A stretch of DNA of 52,373 nucleotides, from positions 84,112-136,484 of IMG/VR virus record IMGVR_UViG_3300037384_000074; one strand, given 5' to 3'. The stretch comes from a virus (Duplodnaviria; Heunggongvirae; Uroviricota; Caudoviricetes). Below, piece by piece: positions 8,757 to 17,674 of this stretch; positions within the stretch are counted from its first letter, which is position 1, and each line of letters starts with the position of its first letter. Below the pieces are notes generated by a model. That model was not told where the DNA came from and made no database searches. It saw only the letters and a list, made by a program, of their open reading frames with translations. Position numbers and translations under genes: made by a program.

Positions 8757-9822
8757 GACTGTGTTCGTCCTCGGCACTTTCATGCCGCTTCATATCGGAC
8801 ATGAGCAACTTCTGCGATTTGCAGTCAAGATTGCGTCGCAGCAGGAATCTCCGACGCGCGTTAACGTCTTGATCAATACACGTGATTGTGAACCGATCCC
8901 ATCTCATGTAAGAGAATGGGCGCTCCATCAATTGATGGAGCGCCTGGACCGAGAGAACTCCACCAAGTACAAATCAGTCGTGTCGTGCTACCACGGTGAT
9001 GTGCCGCAGAATCCTTCGGAAGCAGATTCCGAGGAAATGTTCTGGGAGATTTGGAAGTTTCTTCTCCTGAAGAACACGTTGGTTCGCCCAGGTGACATCA
9101 TCGTTGGTTCAGAGACGTATTGCATCAAGCTTGCCGAAGTGATGAGGTGCACGTTTCTGCCATACGACGTCGGGCGCAATACGAACCAGATTTCCGCGAC
9201 TGAAATCCGCAAGAATCCGTACAATCATTTCAGCAAGATTGTGCCAGAAGCTCGATCCTTCTTCCAGACAAAGGTCACTCTGTTTGGTGCCGAATCAACT
9301 GGGAAAAGCTCGATGACAGCTCGTTTGGCATCGCGCATATTCCCAAATGTGGTAGTTACTGAGTGGGCGCGCCCATATCTTGAAATGTGTGGAACGGAAC
9401 TGACTCAGGATAAGATGAACGCAATTGAAAAGGGACAGTATGCTGTGCAGTGTTGTGCAGCGTCCAATCCCGAAGCAATGTTCATTTTCCAAGATACCGA
9501 CCTGATCAGCACGTTTGGATATCACAAGATATTCAATAGTGTTCCAGGGAAGTGGCTGTACTACAACATGGTAGAAACTATCTCCGATTTGTATGTCGTG
9601 ATGAATGATCAGATTCCCTTTGAAAAGGATCCAATTAGGTATGGTGGCGACGTTCGTCAGTCCAATACCGATTTCTGGGTTGACCTTTTACAGGAATTTG
9701 GATGCAATTATATGGTCGTGAAATCAGTTGATCCTCGCGAACAATTCGACGAAATTACGACTGCAATCGATGATTTGATTGCACCCAAATTCAATAAACT
9801 CGCTGAATTTCAGCGAACCTAA
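8749..9822 (+). CDS. nadR: NadR-like NMN adenylyltransferase/ribosylnicotinamide kinase (no HTH)
   Basis: GTFMPLHIGH, ISATEIR, LFGAESTGKS Walker A, EWARPY, QDTD, D.IRYG. Confidence 0.9.
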   Translation: MLKTVFVLGTFMPLHIGHEQLLRFAVKIASQQESPTRVNVLINTRDCEPIPSHVREWALHQLMERLDRENSTKYKSVVSCYHGDVPQNPSEADSEEMFWEIWKFLLLKNTLVRPGDIIVGSETYCIKLAEVMRCTFLPYDVGRNTNQISATEIRKNPYNHFSKIVPEARSFFQTKVTLFGAESTGKSSMTARLASRIFPNVVVTEWARPYLEMCGTELTQDKMNAIEKGQYAVQCCAASNPEAMFIFQDTDLISTFGYHKIFNSVPGKWLYYNMVETISDLYVVMNDQIPFEKDPIRYGGDVRQSNTDFWVDLLQEFGCNYMVVKSVDPREQFDEITTAIDDLIAPKFNKLAEFQRT

Positions 9823-9824
9823 CC

Positions 9825-9875
9825 ACTGTAGAGATAGACTTTACAGTTTCAACCGCAAAGGAATTTTGCAAAATG
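9825..9875 (+). promoter_or_regulatory. AUAGA-loop hairpin plus SD-occluding hairpin upstream of NAMPT
   Basis: ACTGTAGAG-ATAGA-CTTTACAGT, then GCAAA-GGAAT-TTTGC just before ATG. Confidence 0.6.
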
Positions 9876-11276
9876 ACTAACCTGAACAATTGTCTATTGA
9901 ATATTGATTCCTACAAAATTTCGCACAAATCTCTCTATCCCGATGATCTGGAGTTTGTTAGCTCCTATATCGAATCGAGGGGCGGACGCTGGGGGCATGT
10001 GATGTTCTTTGGTCTGCAGATGTTTCTGCAGAAGATGAAGCCGTTCACGGCCGATGATATCACAGAATTCCATATCGTGTCTTCGATGCATGGGTTTGAT
10101 GTGAAGGATCTGGTGCAGGATTTGCGCAAGATTCTTACTCGCTACGGCGGACATTGGCCTGTTGAAATCCAGGCAGTGAAGGAAGGGACGATCGTTCCTA
10201 CTGGAAACGTGTTGGTTCAGATTCACAACACCGATCCCGAATTCCCTTGGGTCACTCAGTTTCTCGAGACTGAGTTGCTTCGAGCAATTTGGTATCCTAC
10301 AACTGTTGCGACTCTGTCGTACCACATCAAGCAATCTTTCAAGGATGCTCTTGATCGGACATCTGATATCGGCGACGCTGTGCTCAGCACTCGTCTGCAT
10401 GATTTCGGTGCACGTGGAGCAACTTCAAGGGAAGCTGCAGGTATTGGTGGCGTCGCCCATCTTGCTAATTTCATCGGCACCGATAATATGACTGCGCTGA
10501 TGTATGCTCAGAAGTTCTACTCTGAGCCTATGGCTGGCTTCTCGATTCCTGCGACTGAACACAGCATCTCCTGCTCGTTCGGCCAGGATAATGAGCTCGG
10601 ATACGCGCAGCAGGTTGTTTCGCTGCTCGAAACTGGGAAATACCCGTATGTTGCGTGTGTTTCTGACACTTACAACGTGTATAACTTCGTTTCAGACGTA
10701 ATTGGCACGCAACTGCGTGAACGGATTATCGCTACTGGAAAGACGCTCGTTATTCGTCCTGATTCGGGCGATCCGACGATCGTTCCTCTCGAGATCATCG
10801 AAATCCTCGGTGACAAGTTTGGATACACTACGAATTCGAAGGGGTTCAAAGTGCTCCACTCTGCCGTTCGAGTTGTTCAGGGTGACGGGATGAATGAAAA
10901 GAAGATTGGCATTCTTCTCGCCAATCTTGAAGTTGCAGGCTGGTCGGCCGAGAACATCGTTGTAGGTATGGGTGGCGGTTTGCTTCAGAGCGTTAATCGT
11001 GACACCCTGAAGTTTGCTCAGAAGGCCTCTGCTATCCGTAAGCGTTGCACTCAAATTGAAGGTATTTCGAAGGATCCGATTACTGATCCTGGCAAAACTT
11101 CCAAGAAAGGATGTCTTGCTTTGGTCAAATCAAACGGTCACTTCGAAACTGTGGTATGCAATCCTGGTGACGAGTATCTGATCCAGAACAACCTTCTTGA
11201 CGATGTCTGGACGAATGGTCAGCAGCTCCGTCATCAGACTCTTGCAGAAATTCGTGCTCTTAGCGAATTATCTTGA
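9873..11276 (+). CDS. nadV: Nicotinamide phosphoribosyltransferase (NAMPT/NadV)
   Basis: IDSYKISH, ETELLR.IWYP.TVAT, LHDFGARG, SIPATEHS, IRPDSGDP, VVQGDG, GMGGGLLQ..NRDT.KFA.K. Confidence 0.96.
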   Translation: MTNLNNCLLNIDSYKISHKSLYPDDLEFVSSYIESRGGRWGHVMFFGLQMFLQKMKPFTADDITEFHIVSSMHGFDVKDLVQDLRKILTRYGGHWPVEIQAVKEGTIVPTGNVLVQIHNTDPEFPWVTQFLETELLRAIWYPTTVATLSYHIKQSFKDALDRTSDIGDAVLSTRLHDFGARGATSREAAGIGGVAHLANFIGTDNMTALMYAQKFYSEPMAGFSIPATEHSISCSFGQDNELGYAQQVVSLLETGKYPYVACVSDTYNVYNFVSDVIGTQLRERIIATGKTLVIRPDSGDPTIVPLEIIEILGDKFGYTTNSKGFKVLHSAVRVVQGDGMNEKKIGILLANLEVAGWSAENIVVGMGGGLLQSVNRDTLKFAQKASAIRKRCTQIEGISKDPITDPGKTSKKGCLALVKSNGHFETVVCNPGDEYLIQNNLLDDVWTNGQQLRHQTLAEIRALSELS

Positions 11277-11292
11277 GTATGATAAATACTGG

Positions 11293-11895
11293 ATGAAATC
11301 GTTCAATCAGTATATCACAGAAATGCCATATTTTCTCGGTAACCTGTCGTCACTCACTGCTGACAATGAGATAGAGCAGCAGTTCCTAAATCAGGAAGCG
11401 AGACGGTTAGGAAGAAAAGTCGGCACCGTTAACGGTGCCGATTTTTACCTAGCAAAAGTTGGAAATGAAATGAAGTTTATCGCTGTTAGAGGCGAACGCG
11501 AGGTTGTATTTCAAGTTTACTATAGTATCACCACTAAACCAAATCGTTGGGAACCATTTAAAGGTTTACGCATTTTAACCCAGTCTTATATCGAGTTGAT
11601 TGATAAAAGCTGGAATCGAGAAATCCTCCTTACAATTCCTACAAAGTATCTGACTAAAAATAGGTGCGCAATTCTAACTGATCGTGATCAGTCTAGTGGT
11701 GGACGTAATTTATGGATTCGAATGATGCGTAAATTTTCCGCCGAAGGCCATCAAATTGGATGGTGTTATCATGGCGGTGAAAGTTATCAGATCAAGCCTG
11801 ACGACGTTGACTTTGACGCTTGGATCAAGGACAATTACTTCTGGGGTCAGGAGACTCGATATGAATACTACCAGTATTTCATACTTCCTAAGTGA
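11293..11895 (+). CDS. Hypothetical protein with capsid-targeting-like N-terminus, possible GNAT-like fold
   Basis: ATAAATA-CTGG-ATG; MKSFNQYITE; ILTDRDQSSGGRNLW motif. Confidence 0.6.
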   Translation: MKSFNQYITEMPYFLGNLSSLTADNEIEQQFLNQEARRLGRKVGTVNGADFYLAKVGNEMKFIAVRGEREVVFQVYYSITTKPNRWEPFKGLRILTQSYIELIDKSWNREILLTIPTKYLTKNRCAILTDRDQSSGGRNLWIRMMRKFSAEGHQIGWCYHGGESYQIKPDDVDFDAWIKDNYFWGQETRYEYYQYFILPK

Positions 11896-12112
11896 TGAAA
11901 CGCTTGATTACGATAGTTTCAAGCGTCAAATCCTCACAGCTCCCAATCCAAACAGAGCGCTATACGACTTCATCATGATCGCAGGAAATCCACTTGCGCT
12001 TGCATCGACTGAATTTGAGATTCGGGACGATTTTGATCGAAAGATCGACGACTACAAGTTCCGCGTCGCGAACTACGTGGACAATGTCAGGAAGCTGGTC
12101 TTTGGAGGTTGA
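11861..12112 (+). CDS. Hypothetical protein
   Basis: ATG 11861 with AGGAG SD inside upstream gene. Confidence 0.4.
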   Translation: MNTTSISYFLSDETLDYDSFKRQILTAPNPNRALYDFIMIAGNPLALASTEFEIRDDFDRKIDDYKFRVANYVDNVRKLVFGG

Positions 12113-12166
12113 CTTCTTCCTAGATTTCAGTAGTATGTCAGTATCGCAACATCTAGGAGATTCCAA

Positions 12167-12688
12167 ATGGTCTCGCTTGATTATAAAGTAATTCGTCCGC
12201 ACGATAAGGTCGAATATGAGTTCAACGGCATGCTCAATTACGAGCGAGCTGTAACCATTCTCAATGAGATTGGATATGCCGTTGACATTCCATCTCCATA
12301 CAGCTTGTACAATCTCATTCGCAATGATCCAACCGTGAAGATGATCTCGGCAAAATGGATGGGTAGTGATGCTAAGTTCAAGAATCGTGATCCCGACATG
12401 AAGAATGACAACACGTATGAAGAATGTGTTGTGATCAGACTATTTTCCTATGAAGGGACTCAGATCGGCATTCGCGTTGACGTGTGGGACGGCGATTCTT
12501 GTTATGGTTATCCGACGACTCGCCGCTCGTCGTATGAGTGCGTAATCACCGAATATCGAGCTTGGATCGATCATATCATGCTTCAGTTGTTGAATCTGAA
12601 GGCACTGGCTGCCGTCATTGCTGAAGAAGAGATCGAGCGACTTGCTAAGATCGCGCTTGCGCGGGATAAGATTCTCAGGAATCTTTGA
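12167..12688 (+). CDS. Hypothetical protein
   Basis: TTGACT..TAGTAT promoter and AGGAG SD upstream. Confidence 0.65.
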   Translation: MVSLDYKVIRPHDKVEYEFNGMLNYERAVTILNEIGYAVDIPSPYSLYNLIRNDPTVKMISAKWMGSDAKFKNRDPDMKNDNTYEECVVIRLFSYEGTQIGIRVDVWDGDSCYGYPTTRRSSYECVITEYRAWIDHIMLQLLNLKALAAVIAEEEIERLAKIALARDKILRNL

Positions 12689-12731
12689 CCAGTTGATTAA
12701 TAAATATAGTGCAGTATACTGCACTATAACT

Positions 12732-12816
12732 GGGGATATGGCGTAATTGGTAGGCGCGGAGCACTCAAAATGCTCTGATGAAAGTCGTGTCGGTTCGAGT
12801 CCGACTATCCCCACCA
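12732..12816 (+). tRNA. tRNA-Leu(CAA)
   Basis: GGGGATA/TATCCCC acceptor, CTCAAAA loop, long variable arm, CCA. Confidence 0.92.
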
Positions 12817-12831
12817 AATTTATTGAGTATC

Positions 12832-13239
12832 ATGAATAGCCAGATTTTTGACGCACTGTTTGCCGTTGCGAAGAATACTGACCGTGTAGCAAACGCTAAA
12901 ATGGCTGCCGCGGTTGTAAGACGCAACAAAATCGTATCTATTGGTGTAAATTCACGCAAGTCTAATCCATTCACAACTGATTTTCAGAAACATCCTGAGG
13001 CTATCTTCCCTCATTGCGAGGTTGACGCGATACGTATTGCCCTTCGCAATATTTCGGAAGAAGACATCAGTAAATGTGATCTGTATATCTCACGAGCCAA
13101 GCTCAATAAACGTGGCGGTGAGTATGTTACAGGGTTGGCAAAACCGTGTGAAGGGTGTATGAAAGCGATAATGAAATATCGCCCGCGAAATGTGTTCTAC
13201 ACAACTGAAACAGATGAGATTAAATCTCTGGATTATTGA
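12832..13239 (+). CDS. Zn-dependent cytidine/dCMP-deaminase-fold protein
   Basis: HCEVDAI and AKPCEGC motifs; ATG 12832 downstream of tRNA. Confidence 0.8.
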   Translation: MNSQIFDALFAVAKNTDRVANAKMAAAVVRRNKIVSIGVNSRKSNPFTTDFQKHPEAIFPHCEVDAIRIALRNISEEDISKCDLYISRAKLNKRGGEYVTGLAKPCEGCMKAIMKYRPRNVFYTTETDEIKSLDY

Positions 13240-13250
13240 GGGAACACGAG

Positions 13251-13382
13251 ATGAAAAAGCGAAGCAAACGTCGTCGTACCAGCTCCGCTATCAAGCGTGA
13301 CCTGTTCTCTCCGAAATATCGGACCCGTGTTGTTAAGTCAAAGCGCAAGTACACCCGTAAGGATAAGCATAAAGATGGATAA
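13251..13382 (+). CDS. 43-aa basic protein, ArfA-like (missed by ORF track)
   Basis: SD GAGGG; MKKRSKRRRTSSAIKRDLFSPKYRTRVVKSKRKYTRKDKHKDG; stop overlaps next ATG. Confidence 0.55.
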   Translation: MKKRSKRRRTSSAIKRDLFSPKYRTRVVKSKRKYTRKDKHKDG

Positions 13383-13974
13383 GTCTACCAAGAAAAACGA
13401 TATTATTTGGCTTGATACGGCCAAATTTTATGCAAATAAGAGGTCTAAGGATCCGAGTGTAAAGGTAGGCTGCTTTATTATTCGGCCTGACAATACACTC
13501 GCATCCGCTGGATACAATGGGTTTCCCAAGGGATATCCCGATGTAAACTACGAAGACCGTGAGTACAAGCGTAAGCGTGTTGTGCATGCCGAAGTGAATG
13601 CAATATTGCATTCACGTGAATCGCTCAATGGATGTACTCTGTATTCGAGTGTGGCTCCTTGTGGGCGGTGCATGACACAGATTGCTCAGGTTGGTATCAA
13701 GCGAATTGTATCATATGATCACCTGCTTTTTCGCGAAAGTTTGGACCATGATGTGACAGTCGACTTGTGTTCGAAGCTGGGTATTGAACTCGTCGTATGG
13801 CACGATCGAGATCTACTCAATCCGTCTAATGATCACGTTTTGGTTTATCATGTGTGTAAGGACCTCAGTTGGCCATACGTCAATAGGCTCTGGGACTATA
13901 GGGAATGCTATGAAAAGACCGGCAATCTCAACCACGACTGGCTCACCTCATGTGGTGAATTTGGTTGTTGTTAA
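13375..13974 (+). CDS. cd: dCMP deaminase
   Basis: RSKDPSVKVGC, GYNGFP, VHAEVNAI, APCGRC, GIKRIV. Confidence 0.92.
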   Translation: MDKSTKKNDIIWLDTAKFYANKRSKDPSVKVGCFIIRPDNTLASAGYNGFPKGYPDVNYEDREYKRKRVVHAEVNAILHSRESLNGCTLYSSVAPCGRCMTQIAQVGIKRIVSYDHLLFRESLDHDVTVDLCSKLGIELVVWHDRDLLNPSNDHVLVYHVCKDLSWPYVNRLWDYRECYEKTGNLNHDWLTSCGEFGCC

Positions 13975-14524
13975 GGTCAATAGACGGTTGTGGATCAAGG
14001 TCGTAGAAACTGATGACCTTGTCTACACTCCACCCGATTTTATATTGTCCAAATTAAGTGGACGAGAACCTCTAATTGAACTCTGCAGGGTCGCTTCAAA
14101 CGATCTTGCGGAGAATATGATTGAACATATCATGAATTTCGAGAGTCGAATGCAGAAACATGTTGCATCCTCGATCGAAAATATCCGACAATCAATTTAT
14201 GAAATTGTTTCGTCTGTTCCTGACTGATCTAATTGTGTTTGGCACAGTCGGTGTTCTGCTGTTCACCGATCTCGGAACGACGTTACTAAACTACATTCTG
14301 GTTTATATGCTGTTTGGTTCGCTTGACGTCACACACTTCCATTGGTAGGAACTGAAAATGATTACCCGCTTGATGTCTAACATCCTATCGGCTATTTTGA
14401 TCGGATCCTTCATTGCTCTGATTATATTCATCGGAACTTCCGCGTACAAATGCGGATATATGACATTTGTTTACCAAGAACGTACACCTATTGTATACCT
14501 AATCGGCCTTTGTGAGAAAATTTA

Positions 14525-14758
14525 ATGGGCACTGTAAACGATATTATGCGGAGAAACGCTCTTCGTAATTCTACGATCGTCGGCTATGTAAATGATGTTG
14601 TCATTTTTGTCGGCAAGACATATTCGTTTGTCGATAATTCGGTCGAGATCGAAGTTATCAAGGGATCAACTGGAAGTGAAAAGGTCCGCATTGAGATTGC
14701 GGACCCTAACCTAGTTCAGATGGGTGACAAGCTATTCTTCTGGAACAATGACCGGTGA
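14525..14758 (+). CDS. Hypothetical protein
   Basis: Last ORF of plus-strand run, abutting minus-strand cassette. Confidence 0.4.
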   Translation: MGTVNDIMRRNALRNSTIVGYVNDVVIFVGKTYSFVDNSVEIEVIKGSTGSEKVRIEIADPNLVQMGDKLFFWNNDR

Positions 14759-15142
14759 ACCGAAGGGGTAGGCCGAACCCGCAAATGTGGGCTCGAGATA
14801 TAGCGTCGCCAGATCCTCCGGCGTGGTGATGGTGTAGAGTACCGCACCAGTCTCCCGATCGCCGATCAGCACACAGGCCTCGCCCTCAAGCGCCGCGTCG
14901 CGCGCCGGCCGGGCGATGATGAGATACCAGCCCGGCAGATACTCCCGGATCTCGCGCTCGTAGCTTCCGCCCATGCCGTCATCGACGCTCTCCGTGCCGG
15001 TGATACGGTAGGCTTTGACGTCAGGGATGATGCAGGTCATGTCCCAGATCAGGACGCCGGGCTCGATGCCCTCGCTCACATAGGCCGGCAGCGCTGCCAT
15101 GGCCGTCGCCTCGCTGTCGAAGCGGAGAAGGTGGTCGATCAT
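14732..15142 (-). CDS. Fibre partner/assembly-like protein, GC-rich
   Basis: MIDHLLRFDSEATAMAALP start, coupled to upstream fibre-like gene; much higher GC than flanks. Confidence 0.55.
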   Translation of the reverse strand: MIDHLLRFDSEATAMAALPAYVSEGIEPGVLIWDMTCIIPDVKAYRITGTESVDDGMGGSYEREIREYLPGWYLIIARPARDAALEGEACVLIGDRETGAVLYTITTPEDLATLYLEPTFAGSAYPFGSPVIVPEE

Positions 15143-16404
15143 AGCGCGCTAATCTCCCGCATCTGGGCGTCGCTGAACGGCGTGCCCTTCCAAACGGCGA
15201 CCCGGCTGATGGTCGAGTTCCACTGATTGCCGCCGTTTACGCTACCTACTTCAAATCGCGTCATACCTGTGGGGATAGAACCTGTTAGAACGGTAGAAGA
15301 TACAGCATCTCCGTTTTGCGAGAGCGCAATAACACTTGGAGTAATTCTCGTAATAATTCTTCTCCTTTCTCTTGCAACAAACGGCCTCGTTAAAGGCGGT
15401 GCCCATGCGCTGCCATTTTGATTAAAACCTCTCGCATATACTAGGCCACCAGAGCAGTACGTCTGTATGCGATTGAGAATTACAGGGTCTGATGATTTAA
15501 TTGAATAAGCTATGGGCGTTGATTCTGCTGACACAGGCAAAACACCGTCCCAAAGAATAGTCAGGCCTTCATCAGCCGGATCAAATGGCATCGGCGCATA
15601 AAGCCGCTCCGCAGCCCTCGTCACGGCGCTCGCACCCGTGACGATATAGGAGGAGGCGACGGCACCAGCTTCAACCTGATAGCCCGTTACGACAACAGGC
15701 GTAGCCGACTGAGTTGCCAGCTTCGCCACGCCGAACAATCCCGAGCCCGTGGTGGTAGGAGTATGGGTGCCGACCACTCGGTAGAGCCCACCGCCGAGAT
15801 GATCAATGTGCGACGGCATCACCCAGCTTGAGGCAACATTAATGATTGCATCGGTTCCGGCGACACCTGCGCTGAAAACTGGAGGTGTTGTTCCGTCGCC
15901 AAACTGCACAAAGGAGGTGAAGGCGTAGGAGGTGCCGGCTGTTACCGGCACAATCTTATATGCCCAACTTGAGTCAGCACCCCGTTGAATGAGGATTGCT
16001 CCCGCGAAGCCGCTGAGGGCTGTCGCAGACACCAATCCACTGCGCGATGGCGCATCAGTGACGCCATTCTGGAACTCGCTATAGGTCAGAAGATTGTTCC
16101 CCGCCACCTCCATCCGCACGCCAAGCGGCTCCCTTGTCACCGGGTTGTGGTCGTAGCGCAGCACGCCGCTGCCCACCATCTCATAGGGGCCGGCCTCCGG
16201 CCACCGGCCCGCTGCCGAGGCGCGGGAAAATGTCGTATCTGCTTCCACTGAGCCCCAGCGTGGGACATTGTTTGCATCTCGAAAAGCATACTTCTGCTCA
16301 ACGAAGTCAAAAACGGCTGCTGCGCCGTTCAAACCTTTTGACGCCATCCAAACGTCAACTTCCGCTGGACGTCGAGCTAAATTAAGAGCTGATCCTAGGA
16401 ACAC
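15139..16404 (-). CDS. Tail fibre/receptor-binding-like protein, mosaic GC
   Basis: FSRAS.A, LRYDHNPVT.EPLG...E...NLL.YSE, QVEAGAVASSYI.T.....TRAAE motifs. Confidence 0.7.
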   Translation of the reverse strand: MFLGSALNLARRPAEVDVWMASKGLNGAAAVFDFVEQKYAFRDANNVPRWGSVEADTTFSRASAAGRWPEAGPYEMVGSGVLRYDHNPVTREPLGVRMEVAGNNLLTYSEFQNGVTDAPSRSGLVSATALSGFAGAILIQRGADSSWAYKIVPVTAGTSYAFTSFVQFGDGTTPPVFSAGVAGTDAIINVASSWVMPSHIDHLGGGLYRVVGTHTPTTTGSGLFGVAKLATQSATPVVVTGYQVEAGAVASSYIVTGASAVTRAAERLYAPMPFDPADEGLTILWDGVLPVSAESTPIAYSIKSSDPVILNRIQTYCSGGLVYARGFNQNGSAWAPPLTRPFVARERRRIITRITPSVIALSQNGDAVSSTVLTGSIPTGMTRFEVGSVNGGNQWNSTISRVAVWKGTPFSDAQMREISAL

Positions 16405-17010
16405 TTAGCTTACAGCTCCCTCTACGATCCACTCCACATTAGTGCCGGTATTGACGATCACAGTAAACACTACTGCGGTCTTAGGAGCCGCAATTCTAGT
16501 GCCTGCTGGATAAGATGAAACTGTTGCACCTGAAGCTGCAGACCAAGTCACGTTTGCAGTTGTCATTCTACGACCGACGAAGTAATCTCCTACTGATAAA
16601 GTAGTATCATTTGGCAGTACAACTGATACTGCCGTATTGCTTGTAAAATGTCGCTCACGGTAATCCATTGTAGACGGAGACCACGTGTTCGCAGAAACTA
16701 CTTCTGGACCAGTAGAGATCTGAGCCCATACAGTCTGAACAAACTGAGCCTGTTCAAGATAAACTTCCCAAGCTTCTGGAGCAAGATATTCTGCCAATGC
16801 GGATCCAACCGTATTAGCGGGATATGTCGTTGTAGGATCATACCCTACAAGCGCTGCACCAGTCGAGTTATTTGAGCCGGCCAATACTGGCAGGACATTG
16901 TCAGTAACGAACGTTGTTACTTCTTGACGTCCCCAGAGATCTGCTGCGTTATGCCCAACAATATGAGTAAGTTCTCTGAGTGTGGCCGCTTCTATCTTAC
17001 CTGGCATCAA
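16405..17010 (-). CDS. Virion/fibre adaptor-like protein
   Basis: GAALVGYD..T...TVGSAL motif typical of tailspike/fibre N-termini. Confidence 0.5.
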   Translation of the reverse strand: MMPGKIEAATLRELTHIVGHNAADLWGRQEVTTFVTDNVLPVLAGSNNSTGAALVGYDPTTTYPANTVGSALAEYLAPEAWEVYLEQAQFVQTVWAQISTGPEVVSANTWSPSTMDYRERHFTSNTAVSVVLPNDTTLSVGDYFVGRRMTTANVTWSAASGATVSSYPAGTRIAAPKTAVVFTVIVNTGTNVEWIVEGAVS

Positions 17011-17294
17011 ACACCTGTATATGATGAGCCATAATTAGCTCTCACTACTACAATATCATTCGGCTGGTCATTAGCCGAGCGAGCCCAACACTGCGATCCA
17101 ACCTCAACCTCAAAGTTGTAAATCCACGGATTGCCGTTATTTACTACCATAAAATGTACTGTATCATCAGCAGGTTTAGTATTGCCGAACGCAATACGGA
17201 CAGACCGACTATTAATTGGCTGGATTACCAAATTCGTCTTGTCTTCCGATATATTCACATATGTCGCAGTGAGTGTAATTTTTTCTGTTTCCAT
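17007..17294 (-). CDS. Hypothetical late protein
   Basis: First gene of cassette; ATAAATA late promoter at 17316-17322 (minus). Confidence 0.55.
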   Translation of the reverse strand: METEKITLTATYVNISEDKTNLVIQPINSRSVRIAFGNTKPADDTVHFMVVNNGNPWIYNFEVEVGSQCWARSANDQPNDIVVVRANYGSSYTGV

Positions 17295-17392
17295 TGATGA
17301 AACCCTTTGTTCTTATATTTATCATTTCAGAATGCCTGTTGTCCTACGTTCGTATTTGTCCTATGATCGTTTATCAACTGAGGGAGATTCCG

Positions 17393-17623
17393 ATGTACAA
17401 TTTCGAACGGAACCTTGAAGCGAAACAGACTCGGCGAATGAAGGCTGAGGATCGATACATTACTCGTCTTGAGCGACTTCAGATTAAGGCTGAAGAGATG
17501 ATTGGCGCAGTGATGCGTAATGGAGTAGAAGTGTTCTACGTCTTTCCTGAAGGTGGCAAATACCGTGAAGGACGTTTTTCGGAACTCGTGGATTTCCTGA
17601 TCCGCAACAAATATGTCTGTTGA
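17393..17623 (+). CDS. Hypothetical early protein
   Basis: TTGTCC-N17-TATGAT promoter, ATCAACTGAGGGAG leader, ATG 17393. Confidence 0.65.
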   Translation: MYNFERNLEAKQTRRMKAEDRYITRLERLQIKAEEMIGAVMRNGVEVFYVFPEGGKYREGRFSELVDFLIRNKYVC

Positions 17624-17674
17624 CCATTTCGGTATAAAGGACTAATATCCTTTATCAACTGAGGGAGAGATCAA

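Noticed and set aside
11197-11292. Track N-terminal extensions (also 2908, 12778, 13297, 17294, 37587, 22773)
   Set aside because: They overlap upstream genes or tRNAs; downstream ATGs have promoter/SD or translational-coupling support
3-16404. Invertible or DGR-type tail-fibre switch between the two fibre cassettes
   Set aside because: No shared DNA repeats, invertase or reverse transcriptase seen; similarity is only at the protein-motif level
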